DNA from: Ptychomitrium polyphyllum
Taxonomy: Eukaryota
Direction of reading: 5' to 3'
Length of the DNA stretch: 64,000 bases
Assembly (NCBI GenBank): GCA_973851085.1
Contig: OZ316776.1
Coordinates: forward strand, 2,852,001 to 2,916,000
Both the position numbers and the translations under genes were made by a program. Of the stretch, positions 38,700 through 52,430 are shown in pieces. Every line of letters starts with the position of its first letter. The stretch's first letter is position 1. The notes under the pieces were generated by a model, which was not told the origin of the DNA, did no database searches, and was given only the letters and a program-made list of their open reading frames with translations.

Positions 38700-40545
38700 T
38701 TGGAAGACTTTTTATGATATGAGAAATCTAATCTTCAAAAGGCAAAGTTGAAAGAGGATGTGTCAGCCACATACAAACTATTTTGCCTGCTTATTACATG
38801 ATGCTATGATAGCTTCTTCTTTCTTTTCATCACACAAAATGAAAAAAGGCCAACTAGCACAATTGCGTGCATATAAAGGCACAAAACCATTACTAAGAAA
38901 ATGATGCAAAGTATAATTCTTGGAATGCTTATGACTCTTTTGTCCATCCTGCCTAATTTTGCCTTTAAGCAATAAAATAGCACCAGACAATAATATCTTT
39001 TATGTGAAGAATTGTAAGCCCACCTTAGCATCAAAAGTAGGCGCCTCATATTGTAAATATACATGGTCTCTTTTGGAAAATTTCTCCAATCAAGATTAGT
39101 ATGCATTGCTACCAGTACGAGCTTAACACATAATATCACAATGTTGAGCCATAAATAAGTTCTCCGTACCATTGGCATGGCCATTTTGAAAGCTTTGTGC
39201 TTGATTAATTTAGATATTATTGATTAGGGCCATTTAAGCCCATAAATGAAGCCAACCTCTCAGATAGTGAGCTAAGTAAATTAGGTTCTTCTCTGTACAA
39301 TAAATGGTAAGGTTTGCAAGACGCCAACAATGCAAGATTTTAAAATGGTAGTCTAAGCATTTCATGGCAATACCAATTCCTGATCACAATGGTTTCTATA
39401 AAAAAATTCATATTTTTGTAAACCATGCTTCACTATCTAAACAATTTATTTAGTCAAGCCATCCACCTTAGAATGAACTTTTGGAATGGTGCAATGATCT
39501 ATTAGAGCCTTTATACACATTCTTCAAAAAAAAGAAAACTCCTACTTTTGATTTGTCAATAGCATAACAGGTGCTTCAAAATATGTCAAATTATAATTAA
39601 GAAAAGTCATAGCCGCTAACTTTGAAATTTTTTGCAATAAAGCCACAAATTCAATTTGCATGTTAAAATGCTCTGTTATCACTAATATGCACTTAGCTCC
39701 AGTTGTGGTTTTTATGAGTGATCCACAAAAATTAAAAACCAATCATAATCCAAATCTACTATGGGCAAAGGCCTAAATTGATGTGTTAAGGTGTAGAAAC
39801 TTCAATTAACTTGGTTATACATCTTACATTGAAAATAATTTGTAGCAACTTGATGACACATGCTAATTTACTAATAGCAATTGCACAATATAAAGTATGC
39901 CATGTACAATTCAAAATATCTAAGCCCCTCATGCATTGGTTATACTAAAAAAGTTCTTTGATTTAGCCTTAAAATTATGTAATTAGCTCCATCCAGCCAC
40001 ATACAAAATAGAAAAGCATTCCCCCAACAAAACCTTGTCATGTTGGTGGCCAATACTATTTTTTTCAATAATTATTTCTAGATGGAATGTCCCTTATTGG
40101 AGTTTTTAGCAAGACTGTATGGCCTTTCTAAACATCACTAATAACTTCAATTCAATTAAGTTCTTCATTTGAGCTTAAATTAGGTGCTTCAAATGTATAG
40201 CTTGACATTTAAGTAAGGCATGTTGGTGCATGCTATACAAGAACTATGGTATCTTCCATGTCATCTAACTCCGGTTAAGTTTTCATCCAAAAGATTTGAG
40301 TTGCAAGGAAGCCCATTTGCATCTAAATTGGTGATTTTTGCATGATATACCTTCTCATATTTATATTCCTTGAGTAACAATGTCCACCTAACAAGCTTGC
40401 TAATGAATTTGTTGAATTTTAGAATCCACTTCAAATATTGATGGTCAGTCTCCAGAATAAACTGTTGTTTATATAAATAAGGTTGGAAGTAAGTAATAGT
40501 CCAAAATGTTGTCAAAGCATTCAAATTCTTCAATCAAATAGTACT
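38700..40545 (-). mobile_element. Heavily decayed Ty3/gypsy LTR-retrotransposon pol remnant (RNase H, integrase, possible PHD)
   Basis: RNase H-like WTITYFQPYLYKQQFILETDHQYLKWIL...KLVRWTLLLKEY...NLDANGL lies at 40261-40533. Integrase-like QFRPLPIVDLDYDW and GAKCILVITEHF...FEAPVMLLTNQ lie at 39542-39790. There are many stops and frameshifts. LTRs were not identified. Confidence 0.8.
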
Positions 40546-42565
40546 TCCAACATTTATGACTAAACACAATGTAATTATACTTTCAATTAAGATGCTAAAA
40601 TTTAAAGTTATAAATTTAATTTTAGATTTAATTTTTTTTTATATATACTTTTTTATAATACTTTCTTAATATGTTTGATCTTTTTCTAGATATCAATCAA
40701 AATAACTACAATTAATTGGTATTCAATTTAAAACACATGATTTTAACTAGAATTCTTATATGCTATTCATGCAATTATTACCTTAAATTTAAATATGTAC
40801 TATTAATGATTTATATTGCACATTGGAAAATAAAATATCAAAACTTCTTTTTATAAATCTTTAGTAAGTTGCGGAAAAATATTGTAATGGATTTTCAACA
40901 AAAATATCTAATTAAGTAATTAAATATTTAATTATTTTTAAAAATGTATGCAATATACAAACTATATTGTTGAAAACTTTTGAAGCTTTATATGTCTTGA
41001 ATCAATGCTTTATTGAGACCATTTTATGATAGAATTTGTTTTAAAACATTTTAAAGAATAAAAAATTAAATGCAAAAAGTAAAAAAAGCTACATGACTTC
41101 ATGAAGAGGTTGGAAATTGTATAGGTGTTGTAAGTTACTTTGACAATCTCACCTAAGTTTCTATCTACAAATATTAGTTAAAAAATGATTTTGTTCTTGC
41201 AAAATTGATTATTTTCTATTGTTATGGTTTAGACTATTTCAAATAGATTAAATTCCATAACCATTTTAGACCTTGTAGCTTTAGAACTATCATATGGTCT
41301 ATTAATTCATATTCTAAATGGCTTAAAAATAGATAATTGATAATTGTGACTTGAAGTCCTAGAAGCACAATTATTATTAAAAATAAATAAAAATTTAAAT
41401 ATATAATCAAATCTACAAGAAAAGAAGATTTCCAATGTACTTTGGAATAAGTTGTTTGTACAATGTAAGAATAAATTATGAACTTTTAAAGTGTGTAGTA
41501 TAGGTTAATTTAATATCATAACCTATAATTTGAAATATGTTATATCCTAAAGGTTACTCTACAATAGGGACCAATTAAAGATCCAATTTGAAATTATTAA
41601 AATTTGATCAATGGAATTATTTAATTAAAGGCTTTAAACTAAAATTTGGGCTTCACTTGAAAACATTCCACACAACAATTAAGCTCCAAAAAATAAGGTC
41701 CAACTTTTTAATTTGGATTGTCATGCTTTTCTATTTGCATTCAATTTTCTATGCTAATTATGAGGCTTTTTAATATTTGGATGATTTTCCAGTTGAATCT
41801 AATTAGAATTGTTCAATCAAACATTTTAAATTTGGTACTTTGAAATTAAAATTTCAAATTGGAGATGGGAGATTTAATATTTTATAAATTTTAACTCAAT
41901 TTTGATTGTTTTATTAAATGAATTCTTGATATGGAGCTTAATTTCATTCCAAGCCATGAATTTATGAAAGAACATTTTAAAATTATACAATGAATGAAAT
42001 CAAATTATGATTTCATGAAAATAGAAAGTTATATTATATTAAAATTATTCAAGGAATCTTATCCAATTGTATTCTATCAAATTAGTTTTGGATTATATTT
42101 CTTTACAAGGTTGATTGAATTGTGTGCATGATGAGATTTAGTTAATAAGCTTATTAAGCACAAAATTGTGAGCAATTATTGGGTTTAAAATAAAGTAAAG
42201 TTCTTGAGTTCAAGTTATATTGAAATAAATTGTCATGCCAAATGTAGCTTTATTTGGCATCCACCTTTGTTATACATGTAGTAAAAGATTCTACTTCTAG
42301 GTACCTTAATTGAGTTTGCAAATAGTATAATACCTTTAATAACTTGTAGTACTAAAAGAAATCTGATATAAAGAATATTCTTGCTTAAATAAATGTAAAG
42401 TTTTGCTTAATGGTTGCTGATGCTTTGACATTGAGAATGAAGATTTTAATTTAATACTAATTTTTAAGATTATATTGTCTGCAAAGTTTCTACTATGATA
42501 AAATAGACATAGTTGTGCTTGTTTACATCAAACAAAGGCTAACTAGGTTAAAAATACACTCATGA

Positions 42566-42804
42566 TTGGGCCTTCAATCAAGCCCAAGACCTAGACATTC
42601 ATACGGCCCATTAAAAAAACAAAAGCCCTATTGGTCCACGAGGCCAATTACTTATGAATTAAGTCTGCTCCTCATCCAGCTTCGAATTTTATATGAAGCA
42701 GCCTTAATAATCAAATCTACCTCACTCCTCAGAATTTCCAAGTCTATAACAAATCGCGGTTATGGGGTATCCTACCTCAAAAATCAAACACCAATGCCAC
42801 GTGG
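42566..42804 (+). promoter_or_regulatory. SEC24 upstream elements: site II-like motifs, ERSE-II and G-box
   Basis: TGGGCC/GGCCCA/AGCCCA motifs lie at 42567-42610. ATTGGTCCACG is at 42630-42640. CCAATGCCACGTGG is at 42791-42804. Confidence 0.5.
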
Positions 42805-43255
42805 AGCGCAGAAACGGTAGTTAAGTTAGTCAAGGTAATCCGACCGCAATCTACAAGAAAAGTAATAACTAACCTTCCCTAATTACAGGCACAATAGAAC
42901 CGAACGAATACCTCAAAATGGATGAATAAAGATACGACAAATTCATCCACGAGTCGGAATGAAGCGCCCGCGGAGCCCTAAAACTAGAGCCACGAAGAGA
43001 GATGGAGCCGAGCGACGGACTATCCGATCCAAGGAGGCCTCGGGTTCGATCGATTCTAGCAGGCCGGGGGCGATTGTAATCGCGCTGAGTGCACGCGGGC
43101 GGCTTCCCCGATTCGATCGATCGATGCCGGAGTCGGGGAGCATGGTCGCCGACGAAAGAAGGCGTGGCGCAGCTGGGAGGACTGCCTGACGGGCCGTGGG
43201 GGGTTGGCCGCAAGTGGCACAGGTATTTATTCTGCATGTGCGCGTTGTTGCAGAT

Positions 43256-46200
43256 ATGCAGCAGCATGGGGGCAACCCGGGCTCCCCTCGGTTTCCTATC
43301 AACCCTAACAATCCCTACGCTCGGCCGCAATTTTCACCGTCTCCGTCTCCTGGTATGGCCCCCGAGTTCTCCTCGTATGCACTCTCGTTTACACTTGCCC
43401 CTTCCGTCCTTCGAATGGCATCAATCTCACCGAAAGTGAGTCAGCGGCACTGTCCAGATCTAGCGTGGGACTAAAGTACTTGTGTTGTAAACACGAAGGT
43501 GTTTCTTGTACGTAGCACGTGGAGAAACAATCGAGCGCACTGAATTAGGAATTACTGGTTCCTGTTCCTTCGTGATCTTTTTGGAGGGACCAATTCTGCT
43601 CTCTGGAGCAGAGTTGTCGATGCTCGCTCGTCGTGATGGTCGTGTTGTGCATTGTCCTGTTTCTGTCGCAGGTTCGATTCCAAGACCTGGTCCGCCAACA
43701 TGGCAGGGCGGTCCTCCTCCTGGCCCTCAGTTTCGACCGCATGTTCCAGGGCAAGCTGCTGGAGTTCCTACGACCATAGCGGATGCACTTCAGAAGCCGA
43801 TATCTCCATTGCAACAGGGACCTCCATCGAGCTACCGACCAGGAGGTCCCCCGATGGGTTTGCAGCCATCTCAGGCAGCGCCTCCCGTCTCTGCTCCACA
43901 GCCCCCACCTTCTGCCAGGCCCCCGCCTCAGGGAGGTCCACCTCTGGCAGGCTCTCCCGGTGCAGTTCGACCTCCTTTACTCTCTGCACCGAATTTGTCA
44001 TCCATGGGAGCACCTGGACAAGCCGGCTTCCAAGGCAGTAGCCAGTTCCGTCCCCCTGGTGGTGTCGGCGGAGTGTCTCAGGGACCGGGGTATGGTCCTC
44101 CGGCTAGATTCCCCGCTTACACCGGCCCTCCACCGGCAGGGGGCAGGCCGCCATTCAGCAATCCCTCACAGGTTCCTCCACCTCCGGGTCCTCAGTTCGG
44201 GCCGCCCTCACATCAGGGAGTTGCAGGGGGCCAGTATAATCCGATGCCGCAGTCGCCGACTTCAGCGAGTATTCCCCCGCCGTCACAGTACCACTCATTG
44301 AATCCTCCCCCCCCTCAGTTTGCAGGCCCTCCTCTTCCTCCGTTTGGAGCCCCACCTTCGTCACATTCACAGGGGTTTTACAGTGGACCGCCTACTACGC
44401 CGATGCCAATGCCAGGCCAGTATGGTGATGGGCAAGCTGGAGCGTATAGCCACCCGCCGCCCGCAGGGTCTTACGGTGGGAACTACCACCAAGGGCAGGG
44501 GTTGGTGGAGGATTTCCAGTCACTCGCCTTGGTACCGGTACTGGGATCTCCCGAGAGCACGGTAGACCCATCCACACTACCGAGGCCACTCGACGGTGCG
44601 GAGGATGTGAAGCCAGCTGGAAACTTGAGTTGTCACCCCCGATACTTGCGTCTTACAACCAACGCCATGCCGAACGCTCATTCTTTGGTGTCGAGGTGGC
44701 ATCTCCCTCTGGGAGCTGTGACTCACCCTCTCGCGGAGGCACCACCTGGGGTATGGCACTGGAGCCCTGAGCCCCGAATCAGCGATGGTCTGAGCTTCAG
44801 ATGTAGTCATGTGTATGGTGGGCAACCTGCATTGCCGGTGTCGTGATGCACTTGTATGAGGAATGTAGCAATTGGTGGAGAGGGCAGTGGATTCCGCGTC
44901 AGGTCCCGGCTATCAACGTTGAGGACCGATTGTAGATACTTGTGTACGTTTCTCCCGGGGTGCTGTTCTGACGAGGAGCTTATCTGCCGTGAGGTATGAC
45001 TCGGTGCTGATTGATCGCTTCATGCATCTGTGTGCAGGAGGAGGTGCCAGTGGTCAATTTTGTGGGAACCATAGTGAGGTGCCGACGGTGTCGGACATAC
45101 ATCAATGCGTATGTGATGTTCACAGATGGGGGACGCCGGTGGCGTTGTAACGTGTGCTCGCTACTGAACGAAGGTCGGTTGCAGGTCATTGTGTGGTTTT
45201 GGAGGGGAGTGGACAGGGGGAGCAGGATTTTTGGATGTGACCTGTTGGTGGAATGTTACGCGTGCCGAGTTGAGGGTGCAGTGGAGTGTAGAGAAGTTCC
45301 GTCTAAAGCGCACAGTTACGCACACAGTTGCATGTGAGGTTTGCTGAAGGGAATGAACCGTGTGGTCTGTTTCAGTTCCTGTGGAGTACTTCAGTCCTTT
45401 GGACGAGAACGGGCGGCGGCGAGATGCAGACGAAAGACCAGAGCTCTCAAGTGGAAGTGTGGAGTTCGTGGCCCCAACTGAGTATATGGTCCGGCCACCC
45501 ATGCCGCCGGTGTACTTCTTCCTGGTCGACGTTTCGTTGTCAGCTGTGAAGTCTGGGATGGTGAAGGTAAACACATTGCGTTCACCTTGCGGGGCTGACA
45601 GAGATGGTTGTTGTTGGGAAAGTGTTGGCGGTTGGAAGAGGGCCTGGAGGTCGTGGTGCACCGTAGGAGGGGTTCTGGATTACCCTGTACGTAAATTGCA
45701 TGCACGAAGGTCGTGTGGCAGAGAAACGTGCGGGCCCTAGGGTGTGATGAGGTGTGACGTACTTGATGGGTGCAGGTTGCTGCAGATACTATCAAGGCAT
45801 CCCTGGACAAGCTGCTGGGGTTTCCTAGGACACAGATCGGCTTTCTGACCTTCGACAGCACGCTGCACTTCTACAATCTGAAGGTGTGCACCGGAACTGG
45901 GTTATGAGTGTGAGATGGAGATTTTTCGTGGAATATTTCGTTCACATCTGTTAAGAGGAAATGGTCCTGATGGTGAGCGGAGCACCAGCAGCACAGTCCT
46001 GTGAGAAGGCATATCGACATAGCCCTGCAGTCGTTCTGTAATGTCCCGAATAGGAAGATGCTGGTATCATTCTGGAGACGTATCGGAATCAGATGCATTG
46101 GGATTGCTTGGGTGATTTTCTGGGACGCTACGTGTTCACAGATTTGTGTGACGAATTGTATGGGACCCTTTTTGTTGGGTGCTTAGTGTACTCAAGCATG

Positions 46201-49200
46201 TCCCTGGGGGTGTGTGGCGGGATAATGTTTTGTGTGGCCTACCGTTTTGGCTCTGTATTTTTTCGACATATTTCGATGCCATTTCGATGTGCACCCTTTG
46301 ACTGGCTGCAATCTGATGATGATGCTTGTTATGGAGAGGCTGACGAGTGCTTGCTGTATTGGTGCACCAGTCTTCCTTGACACAGCCGCAAATGATGGTG
46401 GTTGCGGACCTGGAGGATCCGTTTCTACCACTTCCGGATGACTTGCTGGTGAACCTGTCGGAGTCTAGGACCGTCGTGGAGGCCTTGCTGGACAGCCTGC
46501 CTTCGATGTTTGAAAACAATGTGAACATCGAGTCTGCTCTTGGGCCGGCATTGAAGGCGACTTTCATGGTCATGGTATGCTGTGGTCCCCGGGATTGTTA
46601 ACAGCCCGTTGATGTACCCCCGTATTGTGCGTTGCCGGTTTTCCGATGGTAGTGTTTGAATCGACTTGCATAGAGTGGATCTGTTCGTGGTTGATGCAAG
46701 TATTGGTTTAATCCTTCATCCGAGCGAGAAGTTTCGGGAGACTGTGGTAATTTGGCTGGCGCTGGTTGTGCAGAGTCAGTTGGGAGGGAAGTTGCTCGTT
46801 TTTCAGGGCACTCTGCCGTCTCTCGGTTTTGGGAGGCTGAAGCTGCGGGGCGATGACCCTCGCATGTATGGAACCGAGAAAGAGCACCAGCTTCGTGGCA
46901 CAGAGGAGCAGTTCTACAAGCATATGGCTGCTGATTTTTCCAAGTTTCAGATCGGTGTGAACATCTATGCGTTTAGTGAGCGTTACACGGATTTGGCCTC
47001 TTTAGGTGAGCCGGTGCAACGCCCGGTTGAAGAGGGGTTCCTGTGCATCGTTCCTACCGGTCTTCTAGTTGTTAGTTCTCAAGAGTAGTCGAGTTGGGGA
47101 CTGAGGTGGGGAGGAGTGAACAGTGAGATGGTTCTATGTCCGTGCTTGTTCAAACCCGTGCCATGAAGCAGTCTGGATGTGGACCGTAGGCAGCTCCATT
47201 TGTGGTATAGGGTCGGAAGGAGTTGCTGTAGTGCGTGAGATGCAGGAGGCATGCGTCGAGGTTTCTGACGAGTTTGTGTGGTGGCAGGTGTGTTAGCAAA
47301 GTATACGGGAGGCCAGGTATGTTACTATCCTGCGTTCCGGGCTCCGTTGCATGGGGAGAAGTTCAGCTATGACCTGGCCCGAGATCTTTCACGAGAAACG
47401 GCGTGGGAGGCTGTGATGAGGATACGGTGTGGGAAAGGTAGGTGGTGCTCGGAGAGACGTGCTAAGTACATCACAACCTCAACGGCTTTGGGGTCGTGGA
47501 TAGATTGAACAGATTTGCAGTTGCCACCCAGTTTGTATTGAATGACAGGTGTATGTGTTGAACCCGCCGTAGTCATAGTAGGGCCGGCACCTGTGTTAGC
47601 TTACTGATCATCTGGCTATGTCGGGCCCTTGAGAATGTTGGAAGTAGGATATTTTATGTGCACAGGGGTCGTTACCGTTTTTGTTTTGGCAAGGGAAGTT
47701 GTTGGGATGGCTTGGAGGAACACAGAATGGCCTATCTGTGACCGTCATGTCTGGATGCGTTTACTTGCTGGGTTTACGCCCTGTTACCTTCATCAGCAGC
47801 TGACAACCTCGTTTGTGGTGGTGAATAGGCATACGGTTTTCTTCGTTTCACGGGCACTTCATGCTTCGAAGTTCGGACCTTATGGCCCTTCCTGCTGTGG
47901 ATTGCGACAAGGCATTTGCAATGCAGCTGACACTGGAAGAGACTTTGCTGTCCACGCAGACCGTCTACTTCCAAGTTGCCCTGCTGTATCCACCTGCTGT
48001 TCGTTTGTGGCGGTTTTGTGGCTGATGCTTGGACATTGTATTCTTGTCATGTGTTTCCCATGGACGAGCTGAAGAGTTTAGGCTGCGGTGTCGTTCCCTC
48101 TCAAGTTTCGTACTGGGGCACCTGTTTCTTGCATATCATGGGGGTGCTTTCCAACACACACAGACGTTCATCAGTAAAGGCATGGCAGCATGTCGATGGA
48201 TTCTGCTCTGGTCATGCTCGTAGAGCGGATGGATAGCTGGTAAGGGTCAATGTGTTATGTGACGGAGTAGCTGTCGATTTGTGTAATCCTGGTTCCGTGT
48301 TGGCCTTGACTAAGAACGCGGCAGCTATACATCGTCAACGGGGGAGCGTCGGATCAGAGTGCATACGATGGCAACTCCAGTGGTGAACGAGCTTTCAGAA
48401 TTGTACAGGGCAGCCGATGTAGGAGCTATTGCTAGTCTGATGAGCAAGCTGGGTGAGTTTGTGTGCTTCTGTCGAAGTCACGGTTCACGATCGTGCTTGG
48501 TTGTGAGGTGCGGTGCCAAGGTGATAGGGGTATTGCAATGTGATGTTGTGCAGGTTCTGAGTGCCTCGTGACCCGAAGTCTTGAATTGGGTGTCAGTATT
48601 TTCTGTTATTGCCGGTGTTTGTGGTTCTGTGGTTGTTGCGTATGGCGTGGTGGCGCTGGAGATACCGTGTTGAAGGGATTTCGAGATCTCGTTGGATTGT
48701 TCCATTTAGGTGTGATGAGTGTGCCATGCAACCGAAGTTGTGTCAACGACAGAGAAAGGCCTAGGAAGGTTGTGCCGTTTTGGGCAAACATGGTTTAGGC
48801 AGAATGCATGGTGGTGGTTTGGTTTGGTTTCACTGGTCGTTCTGTTTATCTTGGGGGTTGTTGAATGTGGCCTTCTGGTGGGTACAGCTGTTGAGAAGAC
48901 GCTGCAATCAAAACTGGAGGATTGTCGTCAAGCCACTCAACAGCGGCTGGTCCGAAGCTTGCGCGAGTACCGTAACTTGTTTTCGGTTCAGAATCGGACA
49001 AGCAATAGGTTGATATACCCAGAGAGTTTGAAGCTTCTGCCGCTTTACACTCTCGGCATAATCAAGAACCTGGCGCTCCGGGGCGGGTTTGGGGATTGCA
49101 GCCCGGATGAGAGATCAGCAATGGGGTTTGAGTTGATGACGATGTCCATACCAAGGCTGCTGAAGTTGCTGTACCCATCACTTTTGCGTCTGGACGAGTA

Positions 49201-50140
49201 CCTGATGCAGGTGATCTTCCTCATGTTTTTCTTTCATAAGTCATTGGTCATTCGAGTCGCTTTGCAGCTATGATGGTTTTTGGTTGTTCATGACGTGCTG
49301 GGAAGAAATGTGACGACTGGACGTAGACGAGTTGGCTTGTGCGGATTGAGGGGTTTGGGGTGGGTGCATTTGTCCGATGGTAGTATCTGAGTGGCATGTT
49401 CGGTGTGAGGTGATGTGCAGGGCCAGAAATCTGATGGCGTGGCAGGACTGCCGAGTCCCCTGGCGCTTTCATCCGAGAAGCTGGACCCGAGGGGAGCGTA
49501 TCTGCTGAACGATGGGTTGCGATTCGTTTTGTGGTTGGGGAGGGTTCTTCCGGCAGAATTTGTGAAAGATTTGCTGGGGCCTGAGGCTGCACATAATGCC
49601 GATATCACCAAGGTTGGTCCTCGGGCCTGCATAGTGTATTTAGTGTAGCTAGTGCTGAGGCTGAGGGCACGGATGTTCTTTGCTTCGGCATGTGAAGTGA
49701 GCAGGTGGAATCGGGATTGTTTGCGAGGTTTTGCTCTCAGATGGTGGTTTGGTCGTGTGTTTGAAGTGGTGACCTTCTTTCTTGGAGTAGTCAGTAAGCG
49801 CCCTTCGGGACCATGAGGATTATGAGCTTCATTTCTTAGTTTGCGCGAGCAGCAGGAAAGTTGGTTGGTTTTGTGACAGTTTTTGTTGGTGGATATGACG
49901 CAGATTGCTTTGGTGGAACAGGAGAGTGCAATCTCAAAGCGGCTGTTGTCTGCTCTGAACGCACTACGTCAAAGTTGTCCAGCTGCATATCAACTCTGCA
50001 CTGCAGTGAGGCAAGGGGAGCAACCGAGGGAAGGAATGCTGGTGCTTTCTAATCTGGTGGAGGATCGAACTACGGCTGCGAGCGGCTATGCGGATTTTGT
50101 GGTGCAGATATATCGCCAGGTTTCTCAGAAGACCTCGTAA
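43256..50140 (+). CDS. SEC24: COPII coat protein SEC24 (SEC24A-like), about 13 coding exons
   Basis: A Pro/Gly-rich N-terminus is followed by [14 protein letters not shown]...RWHLPLGAV, the zinc finger [12 protein letters not shown]...[106 protein letters not shown] and LVEDRT. The stop TAA is at 50138-50140. Approximate exons: 43256-43352, 43672-44750, 45038-45173, 45376-45566, 45776-45883, 46371-46575, 46774-47005, 47288-47437, 47829-47985, 48325-48452, 48889-49210, 49421-49612, 49904-50140. Confidence 0.95.
47986..48324 (+). other. Probable U12-type (minor spliceosome) GT-AG intron in SEC24
   Basis: The 5' splice site is GTATCCAC. The branch site CCTTGAC at 48304-48310 lies about 15 nt before the AG, with no polypyrimidine tract. 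Splicing restores [13 protein letters not shown]. Confidence 0.75.
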
Positions 50141-51898
50141 CAGGAGGTTGTAGATCAGATTTGTTACCATAGCCGAGGACTGGCTGGGGTACCGGCGTCC
50201 CAGTTTCGCAACAGCTTGGTGCGTTTTGTTTCTGGAATGGATTCAAGAAATTAGTATATGTAATGAATTGTCCGAGCGGGTATGGTTAGTTGACACGTAA
50301 CTGGAGGTGCTTCCCGATGCGCTGAGCATCTTTGAGTTGCTGTTTCAGTACCCCTCGGAAGTGGAAACTGAGTTATAGTGGTGACTTCAGCACTATGGAG
50401 CTGTAGATGTATGTGTATAAGTCCGTAGGGGTTAGGATGATTGAACCAGCGGGGCGAGCGGTGGCCATGGGTTGGAAGGTGAGTCCTTCTGTACTGATTT
50501 TGGCTATTGGGTGAGGTGCCTTTTGTAGCAACAAAGGTGTTAATAAATTGATCAAGTCGGGACACTCATGGGCTTGGAGATAGTATCCGAGCATATCTGA
50601 GGTGGTTAATTCAAGTCAACAGCAAATTGTGCAATTTTAGTTCTAATTTTTTTCAGTTTGTGGATGCTTGTTCAAGAGCTTTTGATTCACCATATATTAA
50701 TGTAATATATGTAATTATCATTTCGTGCTGACGTAGCTGATTGTTAAGTAGCTTGATGATTGCTTGTTTCTATAATTTGCAATAATATTTTGGTGGTAGT
50801 GAGGTCAGAAGGTGATCGCATTTCTCCAGCAGGATTGTTTGTGCCTAGACCAAGCTTGCATTCTTTGATGGTGGGAGATTCCTTGCTATTAGTAGGGAAG
50901 AACTGAGTTAGTCATTTTCGGGAAAAGCTACCGAACCGCTCAAAAATGGTTGGTTTGGTATGTTGTTTTCTTAGAAAGCAATTTTTTTCTTCTGTGTAGT
51001 CACATTTATCTGCACTGCTGCAACTTATGAATTCTGCACAAGTATTGCTCTTTTTGGACATTGTGCATCAATATGAACAGTCTGGACATGCATTATGGTA
51101 CCCATGTGACTTTCTCAAAATCGACCTACCATAGGGGCTGCTGCAGAATAGTATTTATTATGCAAGTATGGCGCTAACACCGTTGATCACCATGCGTTTT
51201 TGCTGGAAGTTAGATATATCATACCGACTACAGTAGACAAGCATAATATTGTGAACATGAGGGCTGACCATTGAAACACAATCTATGCATTTGGATTCTT
51301 GCCGATGAGAGCTGTGACTGATTTTTTTGATAATAAAGAGGAAGGTAGACATTCCAGTTGTATCAAATATTTGACACAGTTTTACAGCCAACAAACAGTT
51401 ACATGTTATGCAGAAAATGGAGACGTCATTTGAACACTGTTTTAACTTATTTCAGTTTAAAATGACCGAAAATGGGTCAAGCTCAGAGTTGGGCTCCGAT
51501 GGTTGCAAACAATCCCACCTAGTGTCTGGAAACCCCAGCCTATGTACCTCTATTAGGTCCTTGACATGCACATTAATAATACATGGCAAGATCCTTATAA
51601 AATCTTCTATGCACATCTGATATTCATCATCTGCAGAAACGAGCTCTCCACTAGTGGGAGATTTCATGTAATCCCACCAAGTCACTTGAGTTTTTTGTAA
51701 ACCTAACCCTTTTCTGAACTAAAATGTCAGCAGTGATCTCACTTCATGTCATTTTGTATTTAGGTTGGAAGCACATATTACAATGTTATAAAGTTTCACA
51801 CACTTCATTGGCACACATTCTCTTTTACTTTATCAAGTGAATTAAAATACGAGTCTACAAATTGTAGAACAATTTATGAATCTAGTAGAACAATTTGT

Positions 51899-52333
51899 AG
51901 TATGCTGATTTCGTGTTCTTCTAAGACATGAGTATTTTAGATTTTATCAATGCCTTGTTAATTGTTTGTATTCCGTATATGAAGATGGAATGAAAGAGCC
52001 AATAGGTAAGTATCAACTTGAGTTCTCCCATGACATTCTTCAGTGGTTCTTCTTCAAAGGACTCAATTCATTATTCACAAAGTGGAATCAATTCACTATT
52101 CATAACGAGAAATCGATTCATCAAGTCTTTCATTGTTAAAATCTCGTTTTACTCAAGATTGAGGAAGTTTGTACACAAGTCGTCAAATTAGATTCATGTC
52201 TCATTCATTTATTCATTACCAGATGCCTTCAATATCATGTTTTGTTGGTTTTTTATTTTACAAGATAAGGGTGAGTTGCTTCAACTACTAAATGAATGTT
52301 ATGTCTAGTAGAAGAACACGAAATCAGCATACT
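51899..52333. repeat. 25-bp perfect inverted repeat pair bounding a 435-bp segment (MITE-like)
   Basis: AGTATGCTGATTTCGTGTTCTTCTA at 51899-51923 is the exact reverse complement of 52309-52333. The match extends by AGACAT/ATGTCT after a 2-nt gap. Confidence 0.75.
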
Positions 52334-52430
52334 GCTATAAGCACAATATTAGTCCCGAAAAAAATGCGTGTAACTTATAAAACTCAATTCCAATGATGAG
52401 TATCTGGCATGGGTAAAAAATATTGGATAT

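Noticed and set aside
43223..43253. Apparent 31-nt GT-AG micro-intron before the SEC24 ATG
   Set aside because: Too short for a normal plant intron. The acceptor is probably real, but its donor likely lies further upstream.
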